From Candidatus Moraniibacteriota bacterium (GTDB lineage Bacteria > Patescibacteriota > Minisyncoccia > Moranbacterales > UBA1568), in contig JAQTYF010000001.1 in NCBI GenBank assembly GCA_028688415.1, positions 716,020 through 780,019 of the forward strand: a stretch of DNA of 64,000 nt, written 5' to 3'. A model generated the notes under the pieces. It worked only from the letters and a program-made list of their open reading frames with translations. It was not told the DNA's origin and did not search any database. Position 1 is the stretch's first letter. The number at the start of each line of letters is the position of its first letter. The position numbers and the translations under genes are program-made. Below are positions 1-9,162 of this stretch, one piece after another.

Positions 1-1121
1 GGTTCATTGATGTATTTCTTTTTTGCTTTTTCTTCCTGAGCTTTTTTCCGAGCGATGATCTGCCAGACGAAGGTAATATAATCACCGACAAGACCCTGTG
101 CAATATATCCTTTTTCTACTCCTTGACTGATAAAATCTTCACGCATTTTCCAGGCTCTGTCTGAATCAAGGCCTGCAAGACCCCATGCGATATATTCTTT
201 ATCTATTCCTTGACTCATGAAGTCTTCACGCATCTGCCAGGCTCTATCTGAGTCGAGACCTACAAAACCTCGTGCGATATATCCTTTTTCTACTCCTTGA
301 CTCATGAAGTCTTCACGCATCTGCCAGGCTCTGTCTGAATCAAGGCCTGCAAGACCCCATGCGATATATGCTTTGTCTACTCCTTGACGAATGAAATCTT
401 CACGCATTTTCCAGGCTCTGTCTGAATCAAGGCCTGCAAGACCCCATGCGATAGATCCTTTATCTATTTTTTTATGAAAAAATCTCTGACGAATGAAATC
501 TTCACGCATTTTCCAGGCTCTATCTGAGTCGAGACCAGAAAGACTTCGTGCAATATAGTCTTCATCTATTCCTTGACCGATGAAGTCTTGACGCATCTGC
601 CAGGCTCTTTTTGAGTCGAGACCTGCAAGACTCTGTGCGATAGATCCTTTATCTATTCCTTGACCGATGAAGTCTTGACGCATCTGCCAGGCTCTGTCTG
701 AATCAAGGCCTGCAAGACCCTGTGCGATATCTCCCTTGTTTGCTCTTTGACTGATGAGATCTTCACGCATCTGCCAGGCTCTGTCTGAGTCAAGGCCTAC
801 AAGACCCTGTGCGATAGATCCTTTATTTACCTCTTGACTCAGGAGATCTTCCATACATATGAGAGATTTTTCTTCGAACTTAGCAAACCATACTTCGAAG
901 TCTTCTTTCATCTCTGTATCAAATACTTCTTCATCAAAATTGTCTAGATGGAAGTCTGGTTTTTCTTTCTTTGGTTTGATTGCTTCTCCTGCTATGGTTT
1001 TTCGATAGGCTTCTGCAGAGTCAGTGCCCAAAAAAGCCTTGATCAGTTTGATGTTTGATTCTGGATTGGTTTCCTCTGGGGGGAGGATGACTTTCTTGCT
1101 GAATGGGTTTTCGAGGGACAT
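1..1121 (-). CDS. Tandem-repeat (29-aa, probably alpha-solenoid) protein; 3' end runs off the window; absent from the ORF track
   Basis: Hand translation from ATG at 1121 (MSLENPFSKKVILPPEETNPESNIK...) is open to position 1, with 8 repeats of about KGxIAxGLAGLDSDRAWQMREDFIxQGID. Starts 13 bp after the stop of the AAA gene. Confidence 0.9.
   Translation of the reverse strand, partial: MSLENPFSKKVILPPEETNPESNIKLIKAFLGTDSAEAYRKTIAGEAIKPKKEKPDFHLDNFDEEVFDTEMKEDFEVWFAKFEEKSLICMEDLLSQEVNKGSIAQGLVGLDSDRAWQMREDLISQRANKGDIAQGLAGLDSDRAWQMRQDFIGQGIDKGSIAQSLAGLDSKRAWQMRQDFIGQGIDEDYIARSLSGLDSDRAWKMREDFIRQRFFHKKIDKGSIAWGLAGLDSDRAWKMREDFIRQGVDKAYIAWGLAGLDSDRAWQMREDFMSQGVEKGYIARGFVGLDSDRAWQMREDFMSQGIDKEYIAWGLAGLDSDRAWKMREDFISQGVEKGYIAQGLVGDYITFVWQIIARKKAQEEKAKKKYINE
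62..850 (-). repeat. 87-bp coding tandem repeat, 8 full units plus a degenerate terminal unit
   Basis: CATCTGCCAGGCTCT at 231 and 318 (87 apart). The RAW(Q/K)MR motif occurs 8 times in frame; one unit has a 5-codon insertion. Confidence 0.92.
925..1121 (-). repeat. Copy 1 of duplicated N-terminal leader (copy 2 at about 4085-4280)
   Basis: 41 of the first 42 aa are identical, then KPDFHLDNFDE is shared. The DNA is near-identical over the first ~115 bp. Confidence 0.95.
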
Positions 1122-1133
1122 AGAGATATATTG

Positions 1134-3179
1134 CTATTTCGTACCGAGAAGAAGCGTCGATTTCATTTTATCAATACGTTCATCGAGTTTTTCAAATATT
1201 TTCTGATGAGGATCGGATTCCTTGTATTCAGGAGTATTGATCGCTCCGTGAAGCGTCTGAAGCTCATCATCGCTCACTGATTCGATATGATGCTTTTTAA
1301 AATCTTCTGCTGTCCACCCTTCGAACAGTCCTACCGTTCGAATGAGGAGTTCTGTGAGAAATTTCTGATCATCTTCTGAATGTGTTCCTGCTGTTGCAAG
1401 AATATTATCAGCAATAATTTCATCCAGTGATTTCGTAAAATTGCTTTCGCGCCAAGGGAGAATAATTTTCCGCATCAAATCACGAGTTGAAATAACTGTC
1501 TTTTCCAATTGAGATTTCTCCGCTCGCATCCCCTGCTTCAGTGCCATAAACCGCTGACCCTTTGTCTGTCCAGAAAAAAGTTCTTGTATTTCGCGTACCG
1601 CCACAGCGAGTTTGGCAAGTTTCGGAAATTCTTCTGCAGGAAAATTGGGCGGAAAACGTAAACGATCCTTACGGAGAAGAGCGGTCAGTACGAGATCGTA
1701 GGTTTCTTCCATTGTCGGATAATCTACCTTTGGTCCACTCCAACGCGAAGCCTGTGCCACATTCCATTCTTGGGTCCCATGATACTGACGCCCAACATTG
1801 AATGTACTAAGAACAGCAAATCCTGGATCGATATGGAAAGTCTCATCACCGTTTTCCTGAAGGATAATCGGTTTACCGACAGATTTGATAGCGATATCAT
1901 TGATACGACCGAGTACCTGAGGAGGGATCATATTGATCTCATCGATAATGATTGGTCTGCCATCTCGGAGCGCACGACCCAGTGGTCCATAATTAAATAC
2001 TGTCTCTACGTCTCCTCCTTGCACGACAGAACTAAGCACTCTCTCGAGCACTTTGTCGGCGTCAAGCATCACTCCTTGTACACGCATATCTTCGGTATAT
2101 TTTTGCACCAGTTCGACAGTATCTTTTGATGACCACTCCTTTTCACTTCCTCTTTTGATTTTCAGTTTTCCGATGAGGTCATAAACCGAAGATTCTTCAG
2201 AACCGGAGAAAAATTCTGGCTGAAGTCTCTCATAAGCATTATCAAATGATTCTCCTTCATTCACCATTCCGTTTTCAATCATATAGAGCTTGGCGATATG
2301 CCTCGCTACTTCTGTTTTACCACTTCCCAAGTGTCCAGCCAGCGTAAATGGCAGTCTATTACGGAGTGCTTCGAGTCCGAGATTCACCACCTTTTTCACA
2401 GAAGGGAATTCTACAATGCGATCTTTCTGGAAAGAGTCGCTATATTCTCCGAGTGTCGCCACTCGATCGAGAAATGGTCCGACAGAATCATCTTCTCCTT
2501 GGAATATTTCCAGGTCTTTTTCTATCGCCTTTTTTTTCGCCTCCAAGCGATCTAGCATCGACGCATCTTTTCCGACAGGAACGCCAGCATGCGAACTTTT
2601 ACTCTTTTTACGAATATCAGCTAGAGCAAAATCGATACGACTCATCGATAGGAGGAGTCGACTTCTTTTGCGTAACAGCTTCCCATAGAAATAGAGTTTT
2701 GTTACTTCTTTTCCGTACGCTTCTCGTATACCCGGAATTTTCCCTAATTCTCCGAGTTTCTCTATCACGTGAGCGAGCTCTTTTTCTGCATCAACAGCAG
2801 AATGTTCACTTACACCCTCTACTTCTCTGTCAATCGATGCTTGTGTCGGAATATATCTCCCACCGATTTTCTCTCCTTTTATTGACGTTTCATCGTCATT
2901 CAAGAGAGCTTCAAGTTCGGCGTCCAAAGTATCTTCTTCTTGCTTTGCAGATGGTTTTTCGTTTGAATCCACACTCATCGTCCGTACGAGATCACGCCGT
3001 TTCGCAACGAGAGTCTGTATTTGATAAATGAGATCGGTCTGTTCTTCGGGAGATCGCTTCGCAAAAGGAATCTCCTGTTCTTCATCTTCTCTCCTTTCAC
3101 TCTTGGATCCACCGAGAGCCGTCTCTGCAAATTGCTGTGCTGTTTCAGAAGCGAATAAGAACGATTTTGTTTCTGACAT
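1134..3179 (-). CDS. MoxR/AAA_5 (dynein-related) AAA+ ATPase with long coiled-coil N-terminus
   Basis: Walker A GHLGSGKT, Walker B IIIDEIN, GPLGRAL segment, ISTRDL sensor-2-like motif. ATG at 3179 preferred, with TGATATACT extended -10 upstream. Confidence 0.85.
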   Translation of the reverse strand: MSETKSFLFASETAQQFAETALGGSKSERREDEEQEIPFAKRSPEEQTDLIYQIQTLVAKRRDLVRTMSVDSNEKPSAKQEEDTLDAELEALLNDDETSIKGEKIGGRYIPTQASIDREVEGVSEHSAVDAEKELAHVIEKLGELGKIPGIREAYGKEVTKLYFYGKLLRKRSRLLLSMSRIDFALADIRKKSKSSHAGVPVGKDASMLDRLEAKKKAIEKDLEIFQGEDDSVGPFLDRVATLGEYSDSFQKDRIVEFPSVKKVVNLGLEALRNRLPFTLAGHLGSGKTEVARHIAKLYMIENGMVNEGESFDNAYERLQPEFFSGSEESSVYDLIGKLKIKRGSEKEWSSKDTVELVQKYTEDMRVQGVMLDADKVLERVLSSVVQGGDVETVFNYGPLGRALRDGRPIIIDEINMIPPQVLGRINDIAIKSVGKPIILQENGDETFHIDPGFAVLSTFNVGRQYHGTQEWNVAQASRWSGPKVDYPTMEETYDLVLTALLRKDRLRFPPNFPAEEFPKLAKLAVAVREIQELFSGQTKGQRFMALKQGMRAEKSQLEKTVISTRDLMRKIILPWRESNFTKSLDEIIADNILATAGTHSEDDQKFLTELLIRTVGLFEGWTAEDFKKHHIESVSDDELQTLHGAINTPEYKESDPHQKIFEKLDERIDKMKSTLLLGTK

Positions 3180-3320
3180 AGTGTTATGATTCAAATAATT
3201 TGTATCTCATTTGTACTTCTAGTATATCACAAAAGATTCTCTATTCTACCGAATTTATCCTCTATTAAGCTTGACGAGCGGACTAACTCACCTGTCTAGA
3301 CGACAAAGCTGGCCAGAATA

Positions 3321-4280
3321 TTAATAACGGCGGGAGAAACAGACGCCCACGTTGCTACTCGGATCCTCCGGATCATCCCTGCCCACGACCGCACCGCCTC
3401 TATCAAAGTGGCCGATATTGACGAAGTCGCCACCCGAAGAGCGTGAACTCGTCCAATAGTATTCACTCTCGTGTATCCTGGTGCCTATCTTTTGATTTAT
3501 GAGCACCATATACTGGAAGCGTTCTGAGAAAGAGTCTCTCGTCAGAGCAGTGATTGTGAGAGTGTTTAAGATGCGTGATATTTCCTTCCAGTTCTTGTGG
3601 TAGTTCTGCCAGAGTTTCTCGATGTGTGGTTTCTGTGTTTCATATTCTTTGATCGCTTGTCTGTATACTTCTGTGTCTGAACATTCCTTTCTGAGAGAGT
3701 CGGTTTGTTCGAGGTAGTTTTGATTCTTGTATTCTACTGTATTTGAAACCAGTGCCCAGCCACGTCTAGGGGTTTCTTCGGTGTAGGTAGGATCATTGCT
3801 GTTGAAATGAATTCCAATAAGCAAATCACCATTTTGCTGCTTGCTCCCGAGAAGTTCTGTCATTTTCTTACCTGAGAGCTTGGTCCCATCAGGAAGCATA
3901 TCCCAATTCAAACACAAAGTAAGTCCTTTTTCTTGTGCATCTTTGAGATCTTCTCTTGAAAATGGAATAGGTGGCACATCCTCCGGAGTGAATCCAAAAG
4001 CTTCTTGGAATTCTTTTGGTCCGAGGAAGTTTTCTCCGAAGAGAGTTTCTGCTTCTTCTTGTTCTACTTGGTTGTGTTGTTCAAATGCTTTTTCATCGAA
4101 ATTATCCAAATGGAAGTCTGGTTTTTGTTGTGGCTTTGTTGTTTCTTCAGCAAGAGTCTTTCGGTATGCCTCTGCAGAATCAGTGCCCAAAAAAGCCTTG
4201 ATCAGTTTGATGTTTGATTCTGGATTGGTCTCCTCTGGAGGGAGGATGGTTTTCTTGCTGAATGGGTTTTCGAGGGACAT
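3321..4280 (-). CDS. Protein with a C-terminal CLec-like domain resembling DGR variable (target) proteins
   Basis: C-terminus YYWTSSRSSGGDFVNIGHFDRGGAVVGRDDPEDPSSNVGVCFSRRY. N-terminus shared with gene 1..1121. Confidence 0.7.
   Translation of the reverse strand: MSLENPFSKKTILPPEETNPESNIKLIKAFLGTDSAEAYRKTLAEETTKPQQKPDFHLDNFDEKAFEQHNQVEQEEAETLFGENFLGPKEFQEAFGFTPEDVPPIPFSREDLKDAQEKGLTLCLNWDMLPDGTKLSGKKMTELLGSKQQNGDLLIGIHFNSNDPTYTEETPRRGWALVSNTVEYKNQNYLEQTDSLRKECSDTEVYRQAIKEYETQKPHIEKLWQNYHKNWKEISRILNTLTITALTRDSFSERFQYMVLINQKIGTRIHESEYYWTSSRSSGGDFVNIGHFDRGGAVVGRDDPEDPSSNVGVCFSRRY
4085..4280 (-). repeat. Copy 2 of duplicated N-terminal leader
   Basis: CAGTGCCCAAAAAAGCCTTGATCAGTTTGATGTTTGATTCTGGATTGGT is present in both copies. 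Confidence 0.95.
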
Positions 4281-4303
4281 AGTACTTGACGCGAATGAAA
4301 AAA

Positions 4304-4504
4304 TTATTCTTTTTCAAGTTCTTTTTTGACTACTTCGAATTCGTTTTCGATTTCTTTGAGACGGGTACGGCTCTCTTTGATGAGGACAGTACCTTCCTTG
4401 ATTTTTTCGAGGCCTTTTTCGACATCCACTTCTTCCTGATTATCGAACCAAGCGATGATTTCTTGCACCTTTTTCAGCGATTCACTGAGATTTACTTTTG
4501 ACAT
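4304..4504 (-). CDS. xseB: Exodeoxyribonuclease VII small subunit
   Basis: 66 aa, LSESLKKVQEII...DVEKGLEKIKEG pattern, directly downstream of xseA. Confidence 0.9.
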   Translation of the reverse strand: MSKVNLSESLKKVQEIIAWFDNQEEVDVEKGLEKIKEGTVLIKESRTRLKEIENEFEVVKKELEKE

Positions 4505-4528
4505 ATTCTTGTACGTTATATAGATTAT

Positions 4529-6130
4529 TTATTCGAATATTTCTTCTACTTTTGCGGTCACTTTTCCTCGACTGAGTTGTACAGAAAGTATATCACCGAT
4601 CTTCACATCACAACTTTTCTTCACCACTCGTATCCCCTGACGTACCAGACTGTATCCGAGCTTGAGAACATTCATCGGATCGTACTGCGCGAGACGTTCA
4701 CTCTGATGGAGGAGCGTTTCTTCTGATTGTTTCAGAAGTGCTGTCATGCCTTGATAGAGGCTTTTTCTTCCTTGATTGAGGAGTTCTTTTTTTCGTTCTA
4801 TCGTCGATTGGACGAGGAAAAGTCGCTCTTTCAAATCCTGATGCAAGGTCGTCACGAGTGTACGGAAATGTTCAAGATATGAAAGGAGATGGAGACCCTC
4901 ATCCTCGAGTGTTTTTTGTATCAGAGTGAGATTCTGAGAAAAAAGCATCGGGAGATGTGTCTCGAAATGTCTTACGAGTTGTCGTGCTTCATCAAAATGC
5001 AGACGAAGTTCCTTGGCAGTGGCAGTCGGTGTCGATACCATCACGTCCGAGACGAGTGCTGCGAGTGTCACATCTCGTTCATGACCTACGCCGAGGAGTG
5101 TTGGTATGTGAGACATCGCCACTGCACGAACAAGAACTTCATTATTGAAAGCTTGCAGACTCTCGAGACTCCCTCCGCCACGAACGATCACGAGCACATC
5201 ATATTTCTCCGGATGCGTATTGAAGTATTTGATGGCATTCATTATTTCAAAAACCGCTTTCTTGCCTTCCACACTCGTCGGGAAAAATGTCACATGAAAT
5301 CCCTGGGCTCCCAAGTTCATCGTGAAGTCACCAATAGCCGCCCCCTGTTCTGATGTAATAAGCGCGATACGTTCCGGAAATGCTGGCAACACACGTTTTC
5401 GTTCGAGAGCGAAGAGTCCTTCTTGTTCAAATTTAAGCTTCAGGGCTTCATACGCTTTTTGGAGAGCACCAACTCCAGAAAGCTCGATCACTCCCACTTT
5501 CATTGAGAGACGTCCGCTCGGTTTATAGATATCCGGTACCCCCTCGACGATAATCTCGTCTCCAATAGCTATTTTCACCCCGGAAACATCGTATTGGAAA
5601 CGAAAAATAAGACAATTGAGTGTGCTCTCGTCCTTACTGTCTTTGATGGTAAAATACACCACTCGTTCTCGCTCATCGACACTCGATACTTCTCCTTGCA
5701 CACGCGAGGCCATACCCGAGAGCTCCATATTGAGCCCATCGAGAAACTGACTGACCGAGAGGGTATCAGATGCAGGATAATTGATGCCTGATAATTGATC
5801 TTCTTGAATAGAAAGGTTTCCTTTTTTTTCTTTGTTTCCGATTTTTTTTCTTGCATCACTTATCTTGTATCCATTATCTTCGATGTCCGAAGCATTCACC
5901 ATTCTCTCATCACCACCCGTTCGTTCTTGGATAATCTTCAATAAAACACTCCCATATTTCCGAAATTTTGCCTCTTTCAAGCCCTTGATACAGAGCATTT
6001 CTTCCTTATTCTGAGGCAATGTATCAGAGAGAGCCTGCAAGACAGCATTCGGAAACACACGAAAAGTTTCCACGCCCTCGGTACGTGCTTGTGTATCTCT
6101 CCATCTTCTCAATTCCTGTAAAATAGCCAT
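4529..6130 (-). CDS. xseA: Exodeoxyribonuclease VII large subunit with N-terminal HRDC domain
   Basis: RGGGSLESL, GVGHERDVTL, STPTA and LKLGYS motifs. N-terminal ELRRWRDTQARTEGVETFRVFPN...KYG is HRDC-like. Confidence 0.93.
   Translation of the reverse strand: MAILQELRRWRDTQARTEGVETFRVFPNAVLQALSDTLPQNKEEMLCIKGLKEAKFRKYGSVLLKIIQERTGGDERMVNASDIEDNGYKISDARKKIGNKEKKGNLSIQEDQLSGINYPASDTLSVSQFLDGLNMELSGMASRVQGEVSSVDERERVVYFTIKDSKDESTLNCLIFRFQYDVSGVKIAIGDEIIVEGVPDIYKPSGRLSMKVGVIELSGVGALQKAYEALKLKFEQEGLFALERKRVLPAFPERIALITSEQGAAIGDFTMNLGAQGFHVTFFPTSVEGKKAVFEIMNAIKYFNTHPEKYDVLVIVRGGGSLESLQAFNNEVLVRAVAMSHIPTLLGVGHERDVTLAALVSDVMVSTPTATAKELRLHFDEARQLVRHFETHLPMLFSQNLTLIQKTLEDEGLHLLSYLEHFRTLVTTLHQDLKERLFLVQSTIERKKELLNQGRKSLYQGMTALLKQSEETLLHQSERLAQYDPMNVLKLGYSLVRQGIRVVKKSCDVKIGDILSVQLSRGKVTAKVEEIFE
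5768..5881. repeat. Inverted pair of 7-bp-period arrays inside the xseA coding sequence
   Basis: agatgca ggataat tgatgcc tgataat tgatctt (5768-5802), a 51-nt spacer, then catcact tatcttg tatccat tatcttc (5854-5881). Confidence 0.75.
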
Positions 6131-6228
6131 GCAAAGATGTCTTATAAATCATATTCCTTTTTATTATAGCAAAAAAAGAAAAACCCTGCTCTCAAGCAAG
6201 GTTTTCCTCAGACAATTCAATTTCCTTA

Positions 6229-7077
6229 CTATTTCAGATATTTGTCGACGACCGATTGCATATCCGTGAAACTATAAGCACCTTTGAAATTCTCCGTGTT
6301 TACAAAAAACTTTGGGGTACCACTCATACCAAAAGTGGTTGCAATAGCACTGTCTTCTGCGATACGGCCATCATATTTGCCACTTTCGAGACATGATTGC
6401 ATATCGCCTGGCTTCACCGCACTCTTCAGGAACTCTGCGATCACACCTGCTTTCGACTTGTCATTCTTGACATCATTGTTCATCAGGTTATACCCTGCTT
6501 CACTCATGAGTAAGTCATGGACTTCCCAGAACTTCTTCTTTTCAAATCCACAATAGAGAGCTTTGGTACCCATTTCGCCATTTCCGTGTCCATTCGCGTA
6601 GACCCAGACAAAACTCGCCTTTCCTGCGTCTACAAGCTTCTTCATTTCTGGTACTGGAGCCACATATTTTCCACCGTCTTTCACCATAGTGAATTGTGGG
6701 CCAGCCGATTTGTTCAAATTTGGATTTTGTCCAGCAGCGATATTGCAGTATGGACAGCTCGGATCACTAAATTCGACAAAAACTACTTTGGCATTCTTTT
6801 TGCCAAACGTGATATTTTTTCCATTAAACAGTCCTTGTATCTGGTCCATAGTCACCGTTGGTTCGTCCGGTTGTTGCTGTTGTGTTCCGATATCAGCTTT
6901 TGGTGCAGATATTGATAAATTCGCCAATACTTTGGATAATTTTTCTGTCCCAAGAATAACTGATCCAGCAATGATAAGTCCTGTCAAAAGCACTGCTCCT
7001 GAAAGAAGCAAGGCGTCAGAACCAAATTTCTTTCCTTTTTGTTTCTCTTCTTGAGAAGATACAATTTCTCCTTCCAT
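6229..7077 (-). CDS. DsbA/BdbD-family thioredoxin-fold oxidoreductase, membrane anchored
   Basis: EFSDPSCPYC active site, SGTP cis-Pro motif, N-terminal TM. Confidence 0.88.
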   Translation of the reverse strand: MEGEIVSSQEEKQKGKKFGSDALLLSGAVLLTGLIIAGSVILGTEKLSKVLANLSISAPKADIGTQQQQPDEPTVTMDQIQGLFNGKNITFGKKNAKVVFVEFSDPSCPYCNIAAGQNPNLNKSAGPQFTMVKDGGKYVAPVPEMKKLVDAGKASFVWVYANGHGNGEMGTKALYCGFEKKKFWEVHDLLMSEAGYNLMNNDVKNDKSKAGVIAEFLKSAVKPGDMQSCLESGKYDGRIAEDSAIATTFGMSGTPKFFVNTENFKGAYSFTDMQSVVDKYLK

Positions 7078-7149
7078 ATCATTTTTTTGATTATTATTTA
7101 GCTTGATCAGTATAGCAGATTCTTACCGTACATTCAACATTCCGCCTCT

Positions 7150-8394
7150 CTACAAAAAACGAAGTACTGTTGGATGAAAAATAAGGAGATATCCGAGAAT
7201 AAGCATGAGTATGCCTCCAATCAAATTGGACCATTTGGAATACGCTTGTGTGAGATGAAGTTTCTCGAAGCCCCAAAGAGCCAATCCAAAAACAAGAAAA
7301 TCATCAACCATATAAAAAAGAATATAGAGAGCCATATACCACTGTGTCTGCAAGAAATTCAAATCGTTCATTTGAATAATTTTTGTAAAAGCCTGTGGAA
7401 TACCTATGGAGCAGGCAAATTCGATCACGTTGACCGAAAAAGCGAGAGCAATCACGCCAATCGCTGTCAACCACGTGAATGGTTCACTTGCGAGTTTTTT
7501 GATTCGTCCAGAAATTTTCACTCGCCCCTCGAGATTAACCACCTGACATGTTCCATCAGACTTGTGCCATTCGTACAGAAAAAACAATCCTCCTCCGATC
7601 GAAACAATACCAACTATCGGGGTAATAAAACGATCAAGTCCTACAAAATCCCACGTTGTAAACCATATATTCAAAATAAGATAATACATCACGGCCTCCG
7701 CAATAATAAAGAGTCCAGCGACAGTCCACATACGCCGACGAGACCCCATCTGTACCAGCACGAGAAGAAATGTCACCAAGACCCACATCGCACATGGATT
7801 AAATCCATCGATCAGTCCTAAAACACCTGAAAGTACAGGGAGGGAATACTGCATCACATCGAGCGTCTTATTGGTAAATGGAAGAGTAACAAAAAAGGGT
7901 TCTTCTGCTGGCAGGACACAAACATCGCCCTCACAGATTTCTCCAACCTTTTCTGTCGCATCACTCGATATTCCGGATAACAGTCCTTCTATCCCAACAA
8001 GATCTGTACCTTTATTCGCTTTAATAAGCTTTTCTATACGAACTCCTGTCGTTTCCTCTGTATCAAAACCCTGCAGAACTGTCACGCCAATAACGGTAAT
8101 AGGAGTAGCTTTCGAAAGTTGCTGAGCTTCCGTAAAACGATCATAGAGATTTTTTCCATCTTTCGTTTCTATATCAAGAAAACGTACTTCGATGTCATCT
8201 CTTTGTTCCTGCAATTTTTCGAGATAGACTTTCTCTTTCTGACAGTGAGCGCAATCCTGTCGTTCAAACATTTCGATCAGGACTTTTCCTTCTGCTACAC
8301 TCGATGTTTCAGATGCGAATACTTCCATCGGGATAAAAACCAAACTCCAAAATGCAAGAGTGTATAGTATTTTTTTTCCTAAGAAATTCATCAT
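7150..8394 (-). CDS. Glutaredoxin-like CxxC domain fused to a CcdA/DsbD-like multi-TM domain
   Basis: DCAHC, DGFNPCAMWVL and EFACSIGIP motifs; about 6 TM segments. Confidence 0.8.
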   Translation of the reverse strand: MMNFLGKKILYTLAFWSLVFIPMEVFASETSSVAEGKVLIEMFERQDCAHCQKEKVYLEKLQEQRDDIEVRFLDIETKDGKNLYDRFTEAQQLSKATPITVIGVTVLQGFDTEETTGVRIEKLIKANKGTDLVGIEGLLSGISSDATEKVGEICEGDVCVLPAEEPFFVTLPFTNKTLDVMQYSLPVLSGVLGLIDGFNPCAMWVLVTFLLVLVQMGSRRRMWTVAGLFIIAEAVMYYLILNIWFTTWDFVGLDRFITPIVGIVSIGGGLFFLYEWHKSDGTCQVVNLEGRVKISGRIKKLASEPFTWLTAIGVIALAFSVNVIEFACSIGIPQAFTKIIQMNDLNFLQTQWYMALYILFYMVDDFLVFGLALWGFEKLHLTQAYSKWSNLIGGILMLILGYLLIFHPTVLRFL

Positions 8395-8403
8395 ACAGAA
8401 ATA

Positions 8404-9144
8404 TTACAATAAAGTCACAGCATGTGATGTATGGTACTCATCATATTTCTCGCTTATATAGACAATGATTTCTCTTAAAAAAGGGAGGAAATTCTTCCAA
8501 GCCAGCAATTTGAGCAAAATGTATCCGAGGACAATGAAAAAAGGTTGGAGCAACTCAAAAATATCATATCCGTGACTCCCGGCCTTGAGAAAGAAAATGT
8601 GGAGAAGCATTGTGATCAAAATAATATAGACCAGGCGATGAAGCCTCTTCCAATTCTTCCCACCCAAGAGACGGATACTCGAAGTATTAGACGTAAGGAG
8701 TAGTGGGAGAGTAAAAATGAGCGCCAAAATACCAAAATAAAACAATGGGTGCATAGAGAAAAAATGGGCATTCAGATACGGCGCAATGTCTAGAGAAAAG
8801 GAGAGCGGATCAACGAAATAAGCCACGCCGTGGACAAGAGCAAAGCATCCCATCATGATACCAAATTCTCGCCTGAGTCCCATCAATTGTGAGAGTAGTC
8901 TCATTCGAAAAATCTTCGAGAGTGGGCCAAGAAAGAGAATGCCCAGAAGCATTCCCTCTGCATAACTACCAAAGTCTTTTCTCATCTCGGGAAAAATAAT
9001 GAAAATAAGGCTCAGAAAAGCAATAATAAGCAATAATTTTTTGATCCATAGAAAGTGCTGTGCAAGAAAATCACACAGCATATCATGGAAACGGAATATC
9101 ATCAATACTACAGGATCGATAAATTTGAGAAACGTAATGATCAT
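8404..9144 (-). CDS. MsrQ/ferric-reductase-like transmembrane protein
   Basis: LRREFG, HGVAY, LLLTSN and WKRLHRLVY...LH motifs. Confidence 0.8.
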   Translation of the reverse strand: MIITFLKFIDPVVLMIFRFHDMLCDFLAQHFLWIKKLLLIIAFLSLIFIIFPEMRKDFGSYAEGMLLGILFLGPLSKIFRMRLLSQLMGLRREFGIMMGCFALVHGVAYFVDPLSFSLDIAPYLNAHFFSMHPLFYFGILALIFTLPLLLTSNTSSIRLLGGKNWKRLHRLVYIILITMLLHIFFLKAGSHGYDIFELLQPFFIVLGYILLKLLAWKNFLPFLREIIVYISEKYDEYHTSHAVTLL

Positions 9145-9162
9145 ACTGTAAATAGAAACTCA

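Noticed and set aside
62-850. 87-bp repeats as a CRISPR array
   Set aside because: The period is a multiple of 3, the frame is open throughout, there are no unique spacers and no cas genes.
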